DNA from: Azolla caroliniana
Taxonomy: Eukaryota > Plantae > Polypodiophyta
DNA: 64,000 nt
Direction: 5' to 3'
NCBI GenBank assembly: GCA_043228905.1
Contig: JBHGNT010000011.1
Span: forward strand, 4,588,001 to 4,652,000
Each line of letters begins with the position of its first letter. Within the stretch, counting starts at the first letter, position 1. A model generated the notes under the pieces. The model made no database searches. It saw nothing but the letters and a program-made list of their open reading frames with translations, and had not been told where the DNA came from. A program made the translations under genes and the position numbers. Positions 13,460-25,848 of the stretch are shown here, one piece after another.

Positions 13460-16400
13460 TAGGATAGTGTGTTTAAGACCAAGGATAATCTTACACTATA
13501 TGAGGGCTTTACAAAACCGGTTAGATGGAGTTGTGACTCATAATATATTATATAGATCAAGAGAGACTCAAGAAATTAAGAAAAAAAGATAGAGAAGATG
13601 AGAAAGAGATAAGATTGTTATGATATTCCAACATCAAGACAATATAAAGGAGATAAACTCCACATTCAAGTAAGAAACCAAAGACCTTCTTACTACCAAT
13701 CACTCAAAAACCACAATTAAGACCCTTCCTCTTTCACTAAGATTTCTCTTTCTAAGACTCCCTCTCCTCTATTAGGATCCTCTCCCTATTAGTCCCTTTT
13801 TTTATTAGTCCTTCCACTTCTTTTATAATTTTCTTCTTCCTCGTTCACGCTATTTTTAGAAGCTTTTTATCTCCTATTTTTAGCTAAGACCCAGCAACCT
13901 TCTAATCGTCATATCTCCCTCATCATAGCTCCAAATTTAGTGATTTAAAAATCTATAGATAGATATCTTTACAAGCTTTCTAACCCATATTTAAACATAA
14001 TATTTGGGTCACACGCGAAGGAGTTATGACCATTCTTTTTCTACTGTTTTTTATGGTCCGCATTTTCTCTTTTTACTTTTCTCTTGGTCTCGTACTTTTA
14101 CTTTTGACTTCTTCCTAAGGTCTTGGTTCGTGTTCTTAGCCTCCTAATGTGATTTATCCATACTTTATACTCTTCTAATGTTCAATGTCTTAGATTCTAA
14201 AAACACTTTCACATTTAGCCCTCCCCCTTGCTAGAGGCTAAGCCATTTATGGGGAAGCACTTAATGGTAGTACTTAACAAACGAAAGCTCTCTCGCCAAT
14301 CTCTTGGCTATAGACAATGAGAGAGATATAATCAAAAAGAAAATAAAAGGATGTGAGTAAAACTCCCGCTAATCGGTAGGAAAAACCTCACACTTCTAAA
14401 CACACACACACATTGACAATTGTCATCACCATCTTTCTCCTTGTCAACACAAAGAAAGAGGTTACTACAATTATTATGTCTTTGTCAACTCTCCATACAC
14501 AAGTAGGGCCATGGGATACATAACTCTTGATAGAAGTAAGCATGTCAACATATGAATGAATCTTTCGAGCGAGCGAACCTTTTGCACAAATACCTTCAAA
14601 TCTTCGAGACTTGTTGGAATGATCATCTTTTGAATTATGTTGATCTTTGAATCATCCACATCTTCTTGGCACAACACATTGTCCACACTACCTTGTTTTG
14701 TATAAATGACCATTTTTTCGACAATCTCATCTCGGGAAGGAAGTGAAAATTCATCTTGTTTGATCGAATTGCTCATGGGTTTGAAATCGATCTCATTCTT
14801 CGTGGGAACCAAAGCCATAGATGGGACACTCTTTAAATCCTCCATCTTATAATTGAAACATTCTTGCAAGCATGCTTTGAAGTCTTGTATAAGTTCCCCT
14901 TCAACACCCAATTGCTGAAGCGTTGGGAAAATTGGTACATGTTCTTTCAAGTTGATGTGGGATTTGTTGCAAGCTTCTCCTCTTATTTTGAATCATTTGA
15001 TGACCACATCCTCCTCTATGCATGTGCAATTCACCACTTTGCCATCAGCTACAACCACACTTGCTAAAGATGAGTTACTAATAGGAATTCTCATTTTGTT
15101 AACCACCAATTCAGAAATCAAGCTTACTCTAGCATCACTATCAACCAAGGCATCTTTAAAGTGAAACCCCTCGATGGAAACGGGGTTGGTGGGTCGTATG
15201 TCCTTTCGATCTTCTACTCGCATGATCCCCACATAATGCACAATTTTTTGACTTTGGCAAATACTTGCAAGCCGCCCCCACTCCTTTCGTAATTTCGGAG
15301 ATAATTGGAGAAGTTGTGGCCATGTTATTCTTGGTCCACTCGATATCAATTCATGCTTCCAATTGAAACCTTCTACACCTTCTCCCATAGGAATATCCTC
15401 CATCTTTATCTTCCTTTTGGAGTGTCTCCTTCTCAATTTCTCCTCTTCCTCATTCTCCTTAGACTTCTTCTTTTGTCTCGAGGCACTTGATCCTCCATCA
15501 ACTTCTTTCTCCTTTTGCGAGGCTCTTGTCCTTTTCACAGGAGCTACTTCACAAGCATTATCACTATCATCAATAAAATTAAGATTCACATTATGAGGAA
15601 TTGTAGGAACCTGAGCCATAGGAAGTGTTATGGCTTCGCCTCCTTCGACTCCATCGTTGTTAGGCCGTTGTCCATTTCTCTGCACTTGATACATGTCTCT
15701 TCCCATGCCTCTTTGTTGTCGATGAGGACATCTTGTTGAGATGTGTCCCTCCTCTTGACAAGAATAACAAATTACACCTTGATGCCCTCTAGAGCCACCA
15801 CCATCGGGAATAACGTTGTGAATTGTTTGGGATTGTTGCAAGTGGGCCATAACTTCATCAAAGCGCCGATTCACCAATGCCATTGTATCTTGTTCACTCT
15901 TCACTTGTTCCACTTCTTGGGATATACTTCTTGGGTTTATTGTTGTGGTGGTATACACATTTGGAAACACTTGTCCACCATGCACAATTGAAGATGAGGC
16001 TTGAAAGTTGGCACTAGGCATCAAATTTGCACCCAAAGCCGACATTTGGGGATCCCCCATGGAACTCATCATCTTCACTCGTCGATCATAATCTTGACAA
16101 ACTTGGAGAAGAGCTTGAAAAGTCGTTGGATCTTTCAAGCTTGCCTCCAAACGGAAATGCATATCAAGGCCCACCTTAAATTGTTCTATCTTAAACCACT
16201 CGTCTTCGGTGCCACCACGAAGACGAATCCACGTCGTCCACAATTCTTGGAAATTTCTTTCATACTCTAAAAAACCAAAAGGTGATTCCATCTTTAGTTG
16301 AAAAAGCTCCTCCCTTACCTCAGTTGCACTTTGCCATTGAATATATCTTGTACAAAATTGATGCACCAACAATTGATACTCTCCTTGTTCATTTTGCGGA

Positions 16401-16894
16401 AGAGAGTCATACCAATCTCGAGCACGACCATAGAATGTAGCTACCAACAAGGCCAACTTTTCGTTGTCGGTGATGCGTCCAATAGAGATGGCATGATGCT
16501 CAAAGCATGCCAAAAAGGCACCAGCATCTTGTGTTCTTTCACCCGAAAATGCAAATTGCATAGCTAAGTTAATGTAATATAGTAACACAATTAAATGATA
16601 ACTTCTCCTCCTATACGGAAAGGATCGGCCCTCCCTGGAGCGCTATTTTTAGAAGCTTTTTATCTCCTATTTTTAGCTAAGACCTAGCATCACACTTGAA
16701 GGAGTTATAACCATTCCTTTTTTACTGTTTTTTATGGTCCGTTTTTTCTCCTTTTACTTTTCTCTTGGTCTCGTACTTTTACTTTTGACTTCTTCCTAAG
16801 GTCTTGGTTCGTGTTCTTAGCCTCCAAATGTGAGTTATCCATACTTTATACTCTTCTAATGTTCACTGGCTTAGATTCTAAAAACACTTTCACA
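13460..16894 (-). mobile_element. Non-autonomous Ty3/Gypsy derivative (gag-protease only) inserted in the LINE
   Basis: LTR 13460-14213 and deleted LTR ~16641-16894 share the ...AAACACTTTCACA end; imperfect TSD AGTGG/AGTAG; PPT at 14219-14229; PBS remnant GCGCTCCAGGGAGGG near 16629-16643. Confidence 0.85.
14993..16588 (-). CDS. Gypsy Gag with CCHC zinc knuckle and aspartic protease
   Basis: 531-aa open frame: FYGRARDWY retrotransposon-gag motif, CYSCQEEGHISTRC, ALVDSDA protease site. Confidence 0.85.
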   Translation of the reverse strand: MLLYYINLAMQFAFSGERTQDAGAFLACFEHHAISIGRITDNEKLALLVATFYGRARDWYDSLPQNEQGEYQLLVHQFCTRYIQWQSATEVREELFQLKMESPFGFLEYERNFQELWTTWIRLRGGTEDEWFKIEQFKVGLDMHFRLEASLKDPTTFQALLQVCQDYDRRVKMMSSMGDPQMSALGANLMPSANFQASSSIVHGGQVFPNVYTTTTINPRSISQEVEQVKSEQDTMALVNRRFDEVMAHLQQSQTIHNVIPDGGGSRGHQGVICYSCQEEGHISTRCPHRQQRGMGRDMYQVQRNGQRPNNDGVEGGEAITLPMAQVPTIPHNVNLNFIDDSDNACEVAPVKRTRASQKEKEVDGGSSASRQKKKSKENEEEEKLRRRHSKRKIKMEDIPMGEGVEGFNWKHELISSGPRITWPQLLQLSPKLRKEWGRLASICQSQKIVHYVGIMRVEDRKDIRPTNPVSIEGFHFKDALVDSDARVSLISELVVNKMRIPISNSSLASVVVADGKVVNCTCIEEDVVIK

Positions 16895-16955
16895 AGTAGT
16901 TTTTATTCATCAGATACATAGCCAACCACAAGATAGGATATCCCGTCGAGCCCTT

Positions 16956-18678
16956 GGATGATCTACTAGTTTATTCGAAGACCCAAGAAGAGCATGATTC
17001 TCATGTACTGTTTGTACTAAAATGACTTCGAGAACATGGTCTTTATGCAAAGCTGGAAAACTGTAGTTTTGGGTGCAACCAGGTAGAATTTCTAGGCTAT
17101 GTCATTTCCACGGAAGGCATTTCCATGGATCTAGCTAAGGTCAAAACAGTGGTAGAGTGGCATACTCTGTGTTCATTACGAGATGTGCAATGCTTTTTAG
17201 GCTTTGCCGATTTCTACCACAAGTTTATACAGGATTACTCAAAGCTTGTTCTGCCTCTCACACAACTTACCAGGAAGGGACAACCGTTCATTTGGTCTGA
17301 AGAAGCAGACATGGCTTTTGAGAGTCTTAAGAAGGCATTTACATCAGCTCCTATTCTAACTCATTTTGATATGGAAAACCATTCATCATTGAAGCAGACG
17401 CGTCGGATTTCGCCTTGGGTAGCATTCTGTCACAACAAGGCGATGATGAAAGGCTACATCCTATGCCTTTCCACTCACGCAAGTTTGACGCCGCCGAAAT
17501 CAACTATGAAATTCATGATCAGGAGCTATTAGCAATAGTGGACTCTTTTACGCAAAGGAGGCATTTTCTAGAGGGATCTTCTCATCAAGTCACCATATTG
17601 AATGATCACAAAAACCTTGCCTACTTTCAGAATGCTCCTGTGCTAAATTGATGCCAAGCTCGGTGGGCCAAATTCCTCACTCGTTTCGACTTCAAAATTA
17701 CATGTCATTTGAGGAAGCAATAAGGGAAGGCAGATGCATTATCACGACACTCGTATCTAACACTGTGTACAGACGAGCCAGCTTTCGATAACCAAAAGCA
17801 GGTGATCCTGGGACCGGCACGATTGCAAGCAATGGAGGTCTTCGGTATGCCCTTGGATTTCTACGTTATTGATACCATACGTGAGGACTTGAAGACAGAT
17901 ACTTTCACCCAAACCATTCTAGCACAAATTGATCCCTCTTGAGCATCTTGTTCACAGTCGCAAGAACTAGGTACGGACTATCGACAATTCCAATGTCATG
18001 ATGGATTACTATTCTTTAAGAAACTCTTGTATGTTCTTCATGGTTCTTGTCACTTTTGAGTAGTCCAAAACTATTATGGCACATATACAACTACGCATTT
18101 TGGTAGTACTAAAACATTAGATTTAGTACAATGATCATTCTGGTGGCCCCATATGTGACAATTTGTCCAAGATTTTGTTTGGACTGGTGATACATGTTGC
18201 AGAGAAAAAATGCCAAGGCATCATCCATATGGTTTATTAGAACCATTACCAATTCCAAGCAAGCCATGGCAATCCATTGCTCTAAATTTCATCAACGATC
18301 TTCCAGTCTCGAAGGGATTCGATGCAATCTTAACAGTCGTAGATCGATATGCGAAGATGGCCCATTTCTTGCCATGTACTAAGAAATCTGTAGTGAAGAA
18401 ACTGTTGAAACTGTTGAAACTGTCATGCGTGAAGTATGTCGGCATCGTGGCCTTCCCAATAGTATCATCAGCGACTATGGACCCCAATTCGTTTCAAAAT
18501 TCTGGAAGCACCTCTTTAAAATGTTGAAGGTCACTTGTAACCTCTCCTCTGGCTACCACCTGCAAACAGACGGCCAAGCAGAACGAACAAATCAAACGCT
18601 GGAGCACTATCTTCAATGCTTTCTAAGAAATCATCAAGATGACTAGGCAAATATTCTCCACTTCGCCGAATTTGCGTA
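16956..18678 (+). pseudogene. Chromovirus/Tf2-like Gypsy pol fragment (RT end, RNase H, integrase)
   Basis: LDDLLVYSK, VQCFLGFADFY, NYEIHDQELLAIV, PIPSKPWQSI, SDYGPQFVS, QTDGQAERTNQ; many stops and frameshifts. Confidence 0.9.
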
Positions 18679-20480
18679 AAATATGCATATCCCTACCCCC
18701 TTGATACCTACCCCCTTGATACCTACCCAAAAGGACTGAGGGTAGGTCTGTTCCTAAGCGGCAACACTTTTGGCATGCCTAGTGATTTGTGAATCCTCGC
18801 AACCGACCATCAAGGAATGGATGTCTAGCCGCCGACGTACTAGAGAACCCACACGACAAGATTGACCACAGACTAGATACGTCACTCGACATACAGAAGA
18901 ATGCGCTACGCAAAAACCTTGCCTCAATGACCGTGCCCCTTCTTCCCCAAAGGGTACGGTAAAATCCACGCTCACGAAGCAAAGTTGCATCCGGCAGGAA
19001 GCCCTATTGCCACCGGATTAGGCTAGTGTTACAAAGTCTCACAAAGAGCCCCATCCCGATAGCAACAATAGCCTCGGTACAACCATCGCAACCAACATGG
19101 CTTTCTTGTATCCCTATTTCAACGACGAAACCGACGCTAAGAGCCACATTCGGTCGTTCCTCAACTTTTGGAAGCCGAAGCGCACGCATCGACGATTGCC
19201 AAGTTCGGAATAACCTTGGATGGTCGCGCTGCCCATTGGCATTCCCACCGCGATATCACGTCTTTTGTCACGTTCGACCAGCTTCAATCGTCATTTTTGC
19301 GATTCTTCCATTGGAGTGTCCCTCAGCACGAGATTATCGGCCAATTTTATACAATCAAGCAGTCTCCAAAGGAATCACTAGAGGATTTTAGTCTGCGATT
19401 TTAGAGCCTACAGCAACAGCTCACATGCGTTCCAACGGAGGACGAGACTAAGGTCACATTTTTGGTAGCGTTACGGCGACCTCTTGGGATTACGCTGACA
19501 ATGCAAGGTGTGAAGGGTGAGACGGCAGATATGGTTATCGAGCAAGTGTTACAGCTTGAATTAAAAGACGAGGATGAAGGACTGTAACACCAACTTGAAT
19601 TACGTGTCCTCCTCCGGCAGGACGAGGAGTATCGATTCCACCAAGTAATTCAATGCACAATCTACCTGAACTCAGGGCACTTCGCGGTGGACTGTAACAT
19701 GCAGATACATTGCCCCATTTACCATTCACGGGCACATATCGTGGATCAATGCGAATATAATATGTTGAACAAATGCACGCCAACAGTTCACCATATGGAA
19801 CCGCATCAGCAGCACTGTCGTAATGACCAAGGCAGGCAGGAGGAACCTTACCGTAATATGGAACGAAACCAGCGCACGGAAAAGTCATACCATCATTGCC
19901 GCAACAATTACCCTGAGTCCGACGAAGAAGAGCAGGAAGAAAAAGATGATCGAAGCAATGGCCGTTACAAGTGGGGGGGGGGGTGTCATTATGATAATCG
20001 ATGTCCTACCAACAATCGTGATGACCAGGCTGGACCTCAGCACTACGAAGAAAGCTCTAAGGAGGAACGACGCTAAGAGCCTCGGCGAGAATATCGCCAG
20101 AAGCCCCGTAATCACAGGCGATTTCAGCAAACATGGGAGAGCAATCCGTACTCGGGGAAACCACCGCAGGTCCATTAGTGGAAAAAGGAGATTCCGGCGT
20201 ACATTCCTTCGTGTGCCAACAGCCAGGCCACTACGCGACACAATGTCCTCAGTGCAATAAAGGCAAGGAACTAGCCGTGAATACCATCACGACGGATATC
20301 CAACAAGTCACAACACGCAGCCAGGCGAAAAGCACAGAATGGGTAGAACAAGATGACATACGCAAGGCGGCCCGGGCATTGGTGGAGAAAGCAAACGCGG
20401 CCAACATAGAGAGAATGAGGCAAGAATCAGCGAGTGCCACCACGCATATCAACGATACGACGTTATGACCAGACCCGATA

Positions 20481-23400
20481 TGTTGGGAAACAGGTCCCTC
20501 CGGATGGGAAGAACAGTGCCGACGAACAAACTCGGCCAAGGCCGACAGGCCGAGGCAGAACCGGTATGAACTGGATGAGGAGTACCCGATTGCGGAGAGT
20601 CGGATGGTGCAGGCCCGGTATGAACCGGATGAGGAGTACCCGACTGCGGAGAGTCGGATGGAGCCCATCGAGGCTACATTTGTAAATAGCCGAAAAGTCA
20701 TATTAGTATAAATATGATTTAGGGCAAACTTTTAGCTTGGGTGAACTGTTGTCATTCTTGTTGTTATTCTTTCTTGTTGGTGCAAGAAGAAATCAGAGCG
20801 CGTAACTGTACAGAGAGACTGAGAGAGACACGAGGTCGTTGCCTCTGTTGTAACCGCCGCCTGTGGCGAAGACCTGAGAGCACGAGGTCGTTGCCTCGGT
20901 GATCTCACTGTTGTATATTTCTGCATAGTGACAGTTTGCAGCTTGTGGGCTACCATGGTTTTTTCCCCTAGTTTGGGGTTTTCCACGTATACCTCCTGTG
21001 TACCATTTCTCCTCTTTTGTTTCGCGTTTTTCATTACCTGTTTTCTGTGTATGTAAATACGCTCGGTTGTGGCCGAGCGTCGGACATAAGGAACGTTGAG
21101 TTCCCAACAAGTGGTATCAGAGCGAAATCGACACAGAAAATGGACGAATCGTTTGGCGGCATGTTCAAGCTTACCGGCTCCAACTATTCAGTGTGGAAGT
21201 CGAAGATGAGGGACATGCTCGTGGTTAAAGACCTCTGGCTGCCGGTTCAGTTCGGGGACAAGAGACCGGACAAAATCGACGCCGCGATATGGGAGGTGAT
21301 GCACATGAAGACAACGGCGTACATACGGTGCTTCATCGACATGAGCCTGTACAACAACTTCAATGAAGAGAGTAAGGCTCATGAGCTCTGGGAGAAGATC
21401 GGCACAATGTTCCAGAACAAAAATGCTGTCAATCACGCGTCGGTATTCCGGAAGCTTGTAAGACTCCGGTACCAAGATGGCCACAGCATGGCGGAGCATA
21501 TGAATGCCTTCCAGGGGCTGATTCACCAGGCAACGTCATTGGAAGTACCTCTTGCCGATGAGGTCCTCGCGCTACTCCTGCTCGGTTCCCTCCCGGATAG
21601 CTGGGAGACGTTAGTTGTCACTTTGGGCAACGCCGGGCCGGAAGGAAAACGGCTATCCCTAGCAAGAGTAAAGTCGAGCTTGCTAGATGAGGAGGCTCGT
21701 CGGAAAGACAAAGATACGAGCTCCGACTCCAAAGCGCTCCTTACCGAATCGGAATGCGGAAGACATAGAAACCGTAGTCCCCAGAACCGGGAGAAGTCGG
21801 GGACACGATCAAAGTCAAGGGGGAGGCCTACTTGCTTCTATTGCGGCAAGCCGGGACACTTCCAAAAGAACTATCGGCATTTCCGTAAAGACAAGGAAAC
21901 CGACGGTACCGATTCGAAGCAAACCCCGAACCGGAACAGTACAGACCGGAACGGTAAAGACCGGAGGGGTCCGGACCGGAAGGGAACGACGGCAATTGCG
22001 GCAAGTGAAGAGGAGTTGATGCTCATCACCGAGGAGAGTGAGATAAACCATGCCGGCGATGAGATGACCTGGGTGGTAGACTCTGGAGCGTCGTTCCACC
22101 TTACCCCGGACCGGAAATGCTTCTCATCCTACTCAGCCGGTGATCACGGCTGTGTCCGGATGGGGAATGAAGGAACATGCCGAATTGTCGGCATAGGAAA
22201 CGTGTGGCTGACAACACCAACCGGATGCAAATTGGTGTTGAAAGATGTACGACACGTTCCGGAAGTTCGTCTGAACCTGATATCAGCCGGTCGGCTAGAT
22301 GATGAAGGCTACACGGGTAGCATCCAGAACGGTGTCATGAAGTTCAGCAAAGGGAGCCTGATTGTGGCTCGGGCCCGGAAGGTAAACACACTGTACCTGA
22401 TGAATACCCGGTTATGTCCGGAAGAAGTCAACGTGGCTTCCGACATTGCCGGTGAGCTGTGGCACAAGAGGCTATGTCACATGAGTGAGAAGGGGATGAA
22501 GAGGCTTGCAGACGACAACCTCATCCCAGTGAAGAACGTGCATTTAGAGAAGTGCACTGATTGTCTGGCCGGTAAACAGAACCGGACCTCCTTCCGACCA
22601 AGGCCACCGATGAGACGTAATGCACCACTGGAGCTGGTGCATACGGATGTGTGTCAAGTAGACATGAAGTCACATGCCGGAGCGCAGTACTTCGTGACGT
22701 TCATAGATGACCACAGCCGGAAGCTATGGGCCACACCGCTGAAGACGAAGGATCAGGTGTTATCCGTCTTCAAAGAGCTCCACGCGAGAGTGGAAAGAGA
22801 AACCGGCCGGAAGCTGAAGGCGGTTCGAGCAGATAACGGAGGTGAGTACCGGGGGCAGTTTGAGGAGTACTGCCGCTCGAAGGGAATCCGGCTCGAATTT
22901 ACCGTGCCGAAGACGCCGGAGCTAAACGGACTGGCCGAGAGGATGAACCGGACCATAATGGAGAGGGTCCGGAGTATGCTAGCGCATGCAAAACTACCCA
23001 AGAAGTTTTGGGCTGAGGCACTGTCGACGGCGACATATGTGATAAACAGATCACCCTCAGTACCCCTGGACGGAGATACACCACAGAGAGTATGGACCGG
23101 TAAGGAAGTGTCCTACTGGCATCTGAGGGTGTTCGGGTGTCTCGCGTACGTGCATGTAGCAAAGGACCGGAGAGGAAAGCTAGATCCAAAGACCCGACCA
23201 TGCATATTCCTCGGTTACGGTGACGACGAGTTCGGCTACCGAGTGTGGGACCCGGTCGACAAGAAGGTATTCCGGAGTCGAGATATTATCTTCATGGAGG
23301 ACAAGACGCTCGCCGACTGGGAGTCGGAGAAGAAGATAGTGAACTCCGAGTCGACCGGTAAGGATAGACTCTACAATGAGCAGACCCAACCGGCAAGAGA

Positions 23401-25848
23401 CCGGTTAGCACTCGAGGAACCAGCCGGTTACGGTGAGGATACCGAACCGGCTGAAGAAGAAGTAGAGGAAGCTGAGACCGGAACCGGTCAAGACCCCGAA
23501 TCGGATTCGGATGAAGAGCAAATGGAGGAACCGATTACCGAAGCCCGAAGACGTAGATATCCTCTTAGAGAGAGAAGGGCGCCCCGGAGATTTCCGGATG
23601 CAGAGCATGTCTTGCTAACCGATGAGGGGGAGCCGGAAAGCTTCGAAGAAGCGAAGGAAGACACCCACAGCCGAAAATGGTTAAGTGCCATGCAGGATGA
23701 GATGGATTCCCTGCATGAGAACCATACGTACGAATTGGTGGAGCTGCCGAAAGGAAAGCGGGGACTCCGAAACAAGTGGGTATTCAAGTTGAAACCGGGA
23801 GATGCCGGCAACCCCCCGAGATACAAAGCCAGGATCGTGGTGAAGGGGTTCCAGCAGAAGAAGGGCGTTGACTTCGACGAAATATTCGCCCCGGTAGTAA
23901 AGATGACCTCCATCCGGACGGTGCTGAGTATAGCAGCAAGCATGGATCTCGAGGTAGAGTAGCTGGACGTGAAGACGACATTCCTTCACGGCGACCTCGA
24001 AGAGGAGATCTACATGCAGCAACCGGAAGGATTTGTGGGGAAAGGGAAGGAGCACCTGGTATGCCGGTTGAAGAAGAGCCTGTACGGACTGAAGCAGGCT
24101 CCCCGGCAATGGTATCGGAAGTTCGACTCCTTCATGACCGATCAAGGGTACCACAAGACGCAGGCCGATCACTTCGTGTTTGTGAAGAAGTTCGAAGGAG
24201 GGGACTTCCTGATACTCCTCCTGTACGTGGATGACATGTTGATCGTCGGACGAGACCAAGGCAAAATACAGATGCTGAAGAAGGCTCTCAACTGGACCTT
24301 CTCAATGAAAGACCTGGGTCCGGCAAGACAGATGTTGGGGATGCACATCATTCGGGACCGGTCAGTGAAGCAACTATGGCTGTCACAGGAGAAGTATGTG
24401 ACAAAGGTGCTTCACCGGTTCAACATGTCAGATGCAAAACCGGTCGGATCGACACTACCGGCTAACTGCAAGTTGTCCGGCAAGTAAAGCCCGAAGACAA
24501 AAGGAGAGAAGGCAGATATGATGAAGATTCCATATGCCTCTGCCGTCGGGAGCTTGATGTACGCCATGGTTTGTACCCGACCGGACATTGGATACGCAGT
24601 CGGAGTGGTGAGCTGGTTCATGAGTAATCCCGGCAAGGAGCATTGGAATGCGGTCAAGTGGATACTCCGGTATTTGAAGGGCACTTCAAATATGTGTCTC
24701 CGATTCGGCACCGGAAAACCTCAACTGGACGGTTTCACCGATTCGGACATGTCGGCTGATGTGGATACCAACCGGTCTACATCCGGGTATGTGATGACAT
24801 ATGCAGGGGGAGCTGTCTCATGGTAGTCGAGGCTGCAGAAGACGGTTGCATTGTCAACCACAGAGGCGGAGTACATGGCGGCTGTAGAAGCCGGCAAGGA
24901 AATATTATGGATGAAGGACTTCATCGGAGAGCTCGGTATCCGGCAAGAGGAATACCGACTCTACTGCGACAGTCAAAGTGCCATCCACCTTGCTAAAAAT
25001 GCGGCCTACCATTCCCGGACGAAGCATATCCAGCGAAGGTATCACTGGATCCGGGAAAGGGTAGATGACCAGGAGTTCGCACTGACGAAGATCCACACGG
25101 CCGAGAACGGGTCAGATATGCTGACCAAAGTGCTGACACCCGACAAGCTGGACGCATGCCGGAAGAGGATCGGACTGAGAAGACACCCCATGCCGGAGTG
25201 AAGGGGGAGTTTGTTGGGAAACAGGTCCCTCCGGATGGGAAGAACAGTGCCGACGAACAAACTCGGCCAAGGCCGATAGGCCGAGGCAGAACCGGTATGA
25301 ACCGGATGAGGAGTACCCGACTGCGGAGAGTCGGATGGTGCAGGCCCGGTATGAACCGGATGAGGAGTACCCGACTGCGGAGAGTCGGATGGAGCCCATC
25401 GAGGCTACATTTGTAAATAGCCGAAAAGTCATATTAGTATAAATATGATTTAGGGCAAACTTTTAGCTTGGGTGAACTGTTGTCATTCTTGTTGTTATTC
25501 TTTCTTGTTGGTGCAAGAAGAAATCAGAGCGCGTAACTGTATAGAGAGACTGAGAGAGAGAGAGAGACACGAGGTCGTTGCCTCTGTTGTAACCGCCGCC
25601 TGTGGCGAAGACCTGAGAGCACGAGGTCGTTGCCTCGGTGATCTCACTGTTGTATATTTCTGCATAGTGACAGTTTGCAGCTTGTGGGCTGCCATGGTTT
25701 TTTCCCCTAGTTTGGGGTTTTCCACGTATACCTCCTGTGTACCATTTCTCCTCTTTTGTGTCGCGTTTTTCATTACCTGTTTTCTGTGTATGTAAATACG
25801 CTCGGTTGTGGCCAAGCGTCGGACATAAGGAACGTCGAGTTCCCAACA
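20481..25848 (+). mobile_element. Full-length young Ty1/Copia element
   Basis: LTRs 20481-21109 and 25212-25848; TSD CGATA; PBS TGGTATCAGAGC (tRNA-iMet) at 21112-21123; PPT GAAGGGGGAG before 25212. Confidence 0.97.
21140..25201 (+). pseudogene. Copia gag-PR-INT-RT-RH polyprotein with three in-frame stops and no frameshift
   Basis: ORFs 21017, 23969, 24518 and 24851 share one frame; stops at 23960, 24485 and 24824 replace Gln codons of the 39796 copy. Confidence 0.95.
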
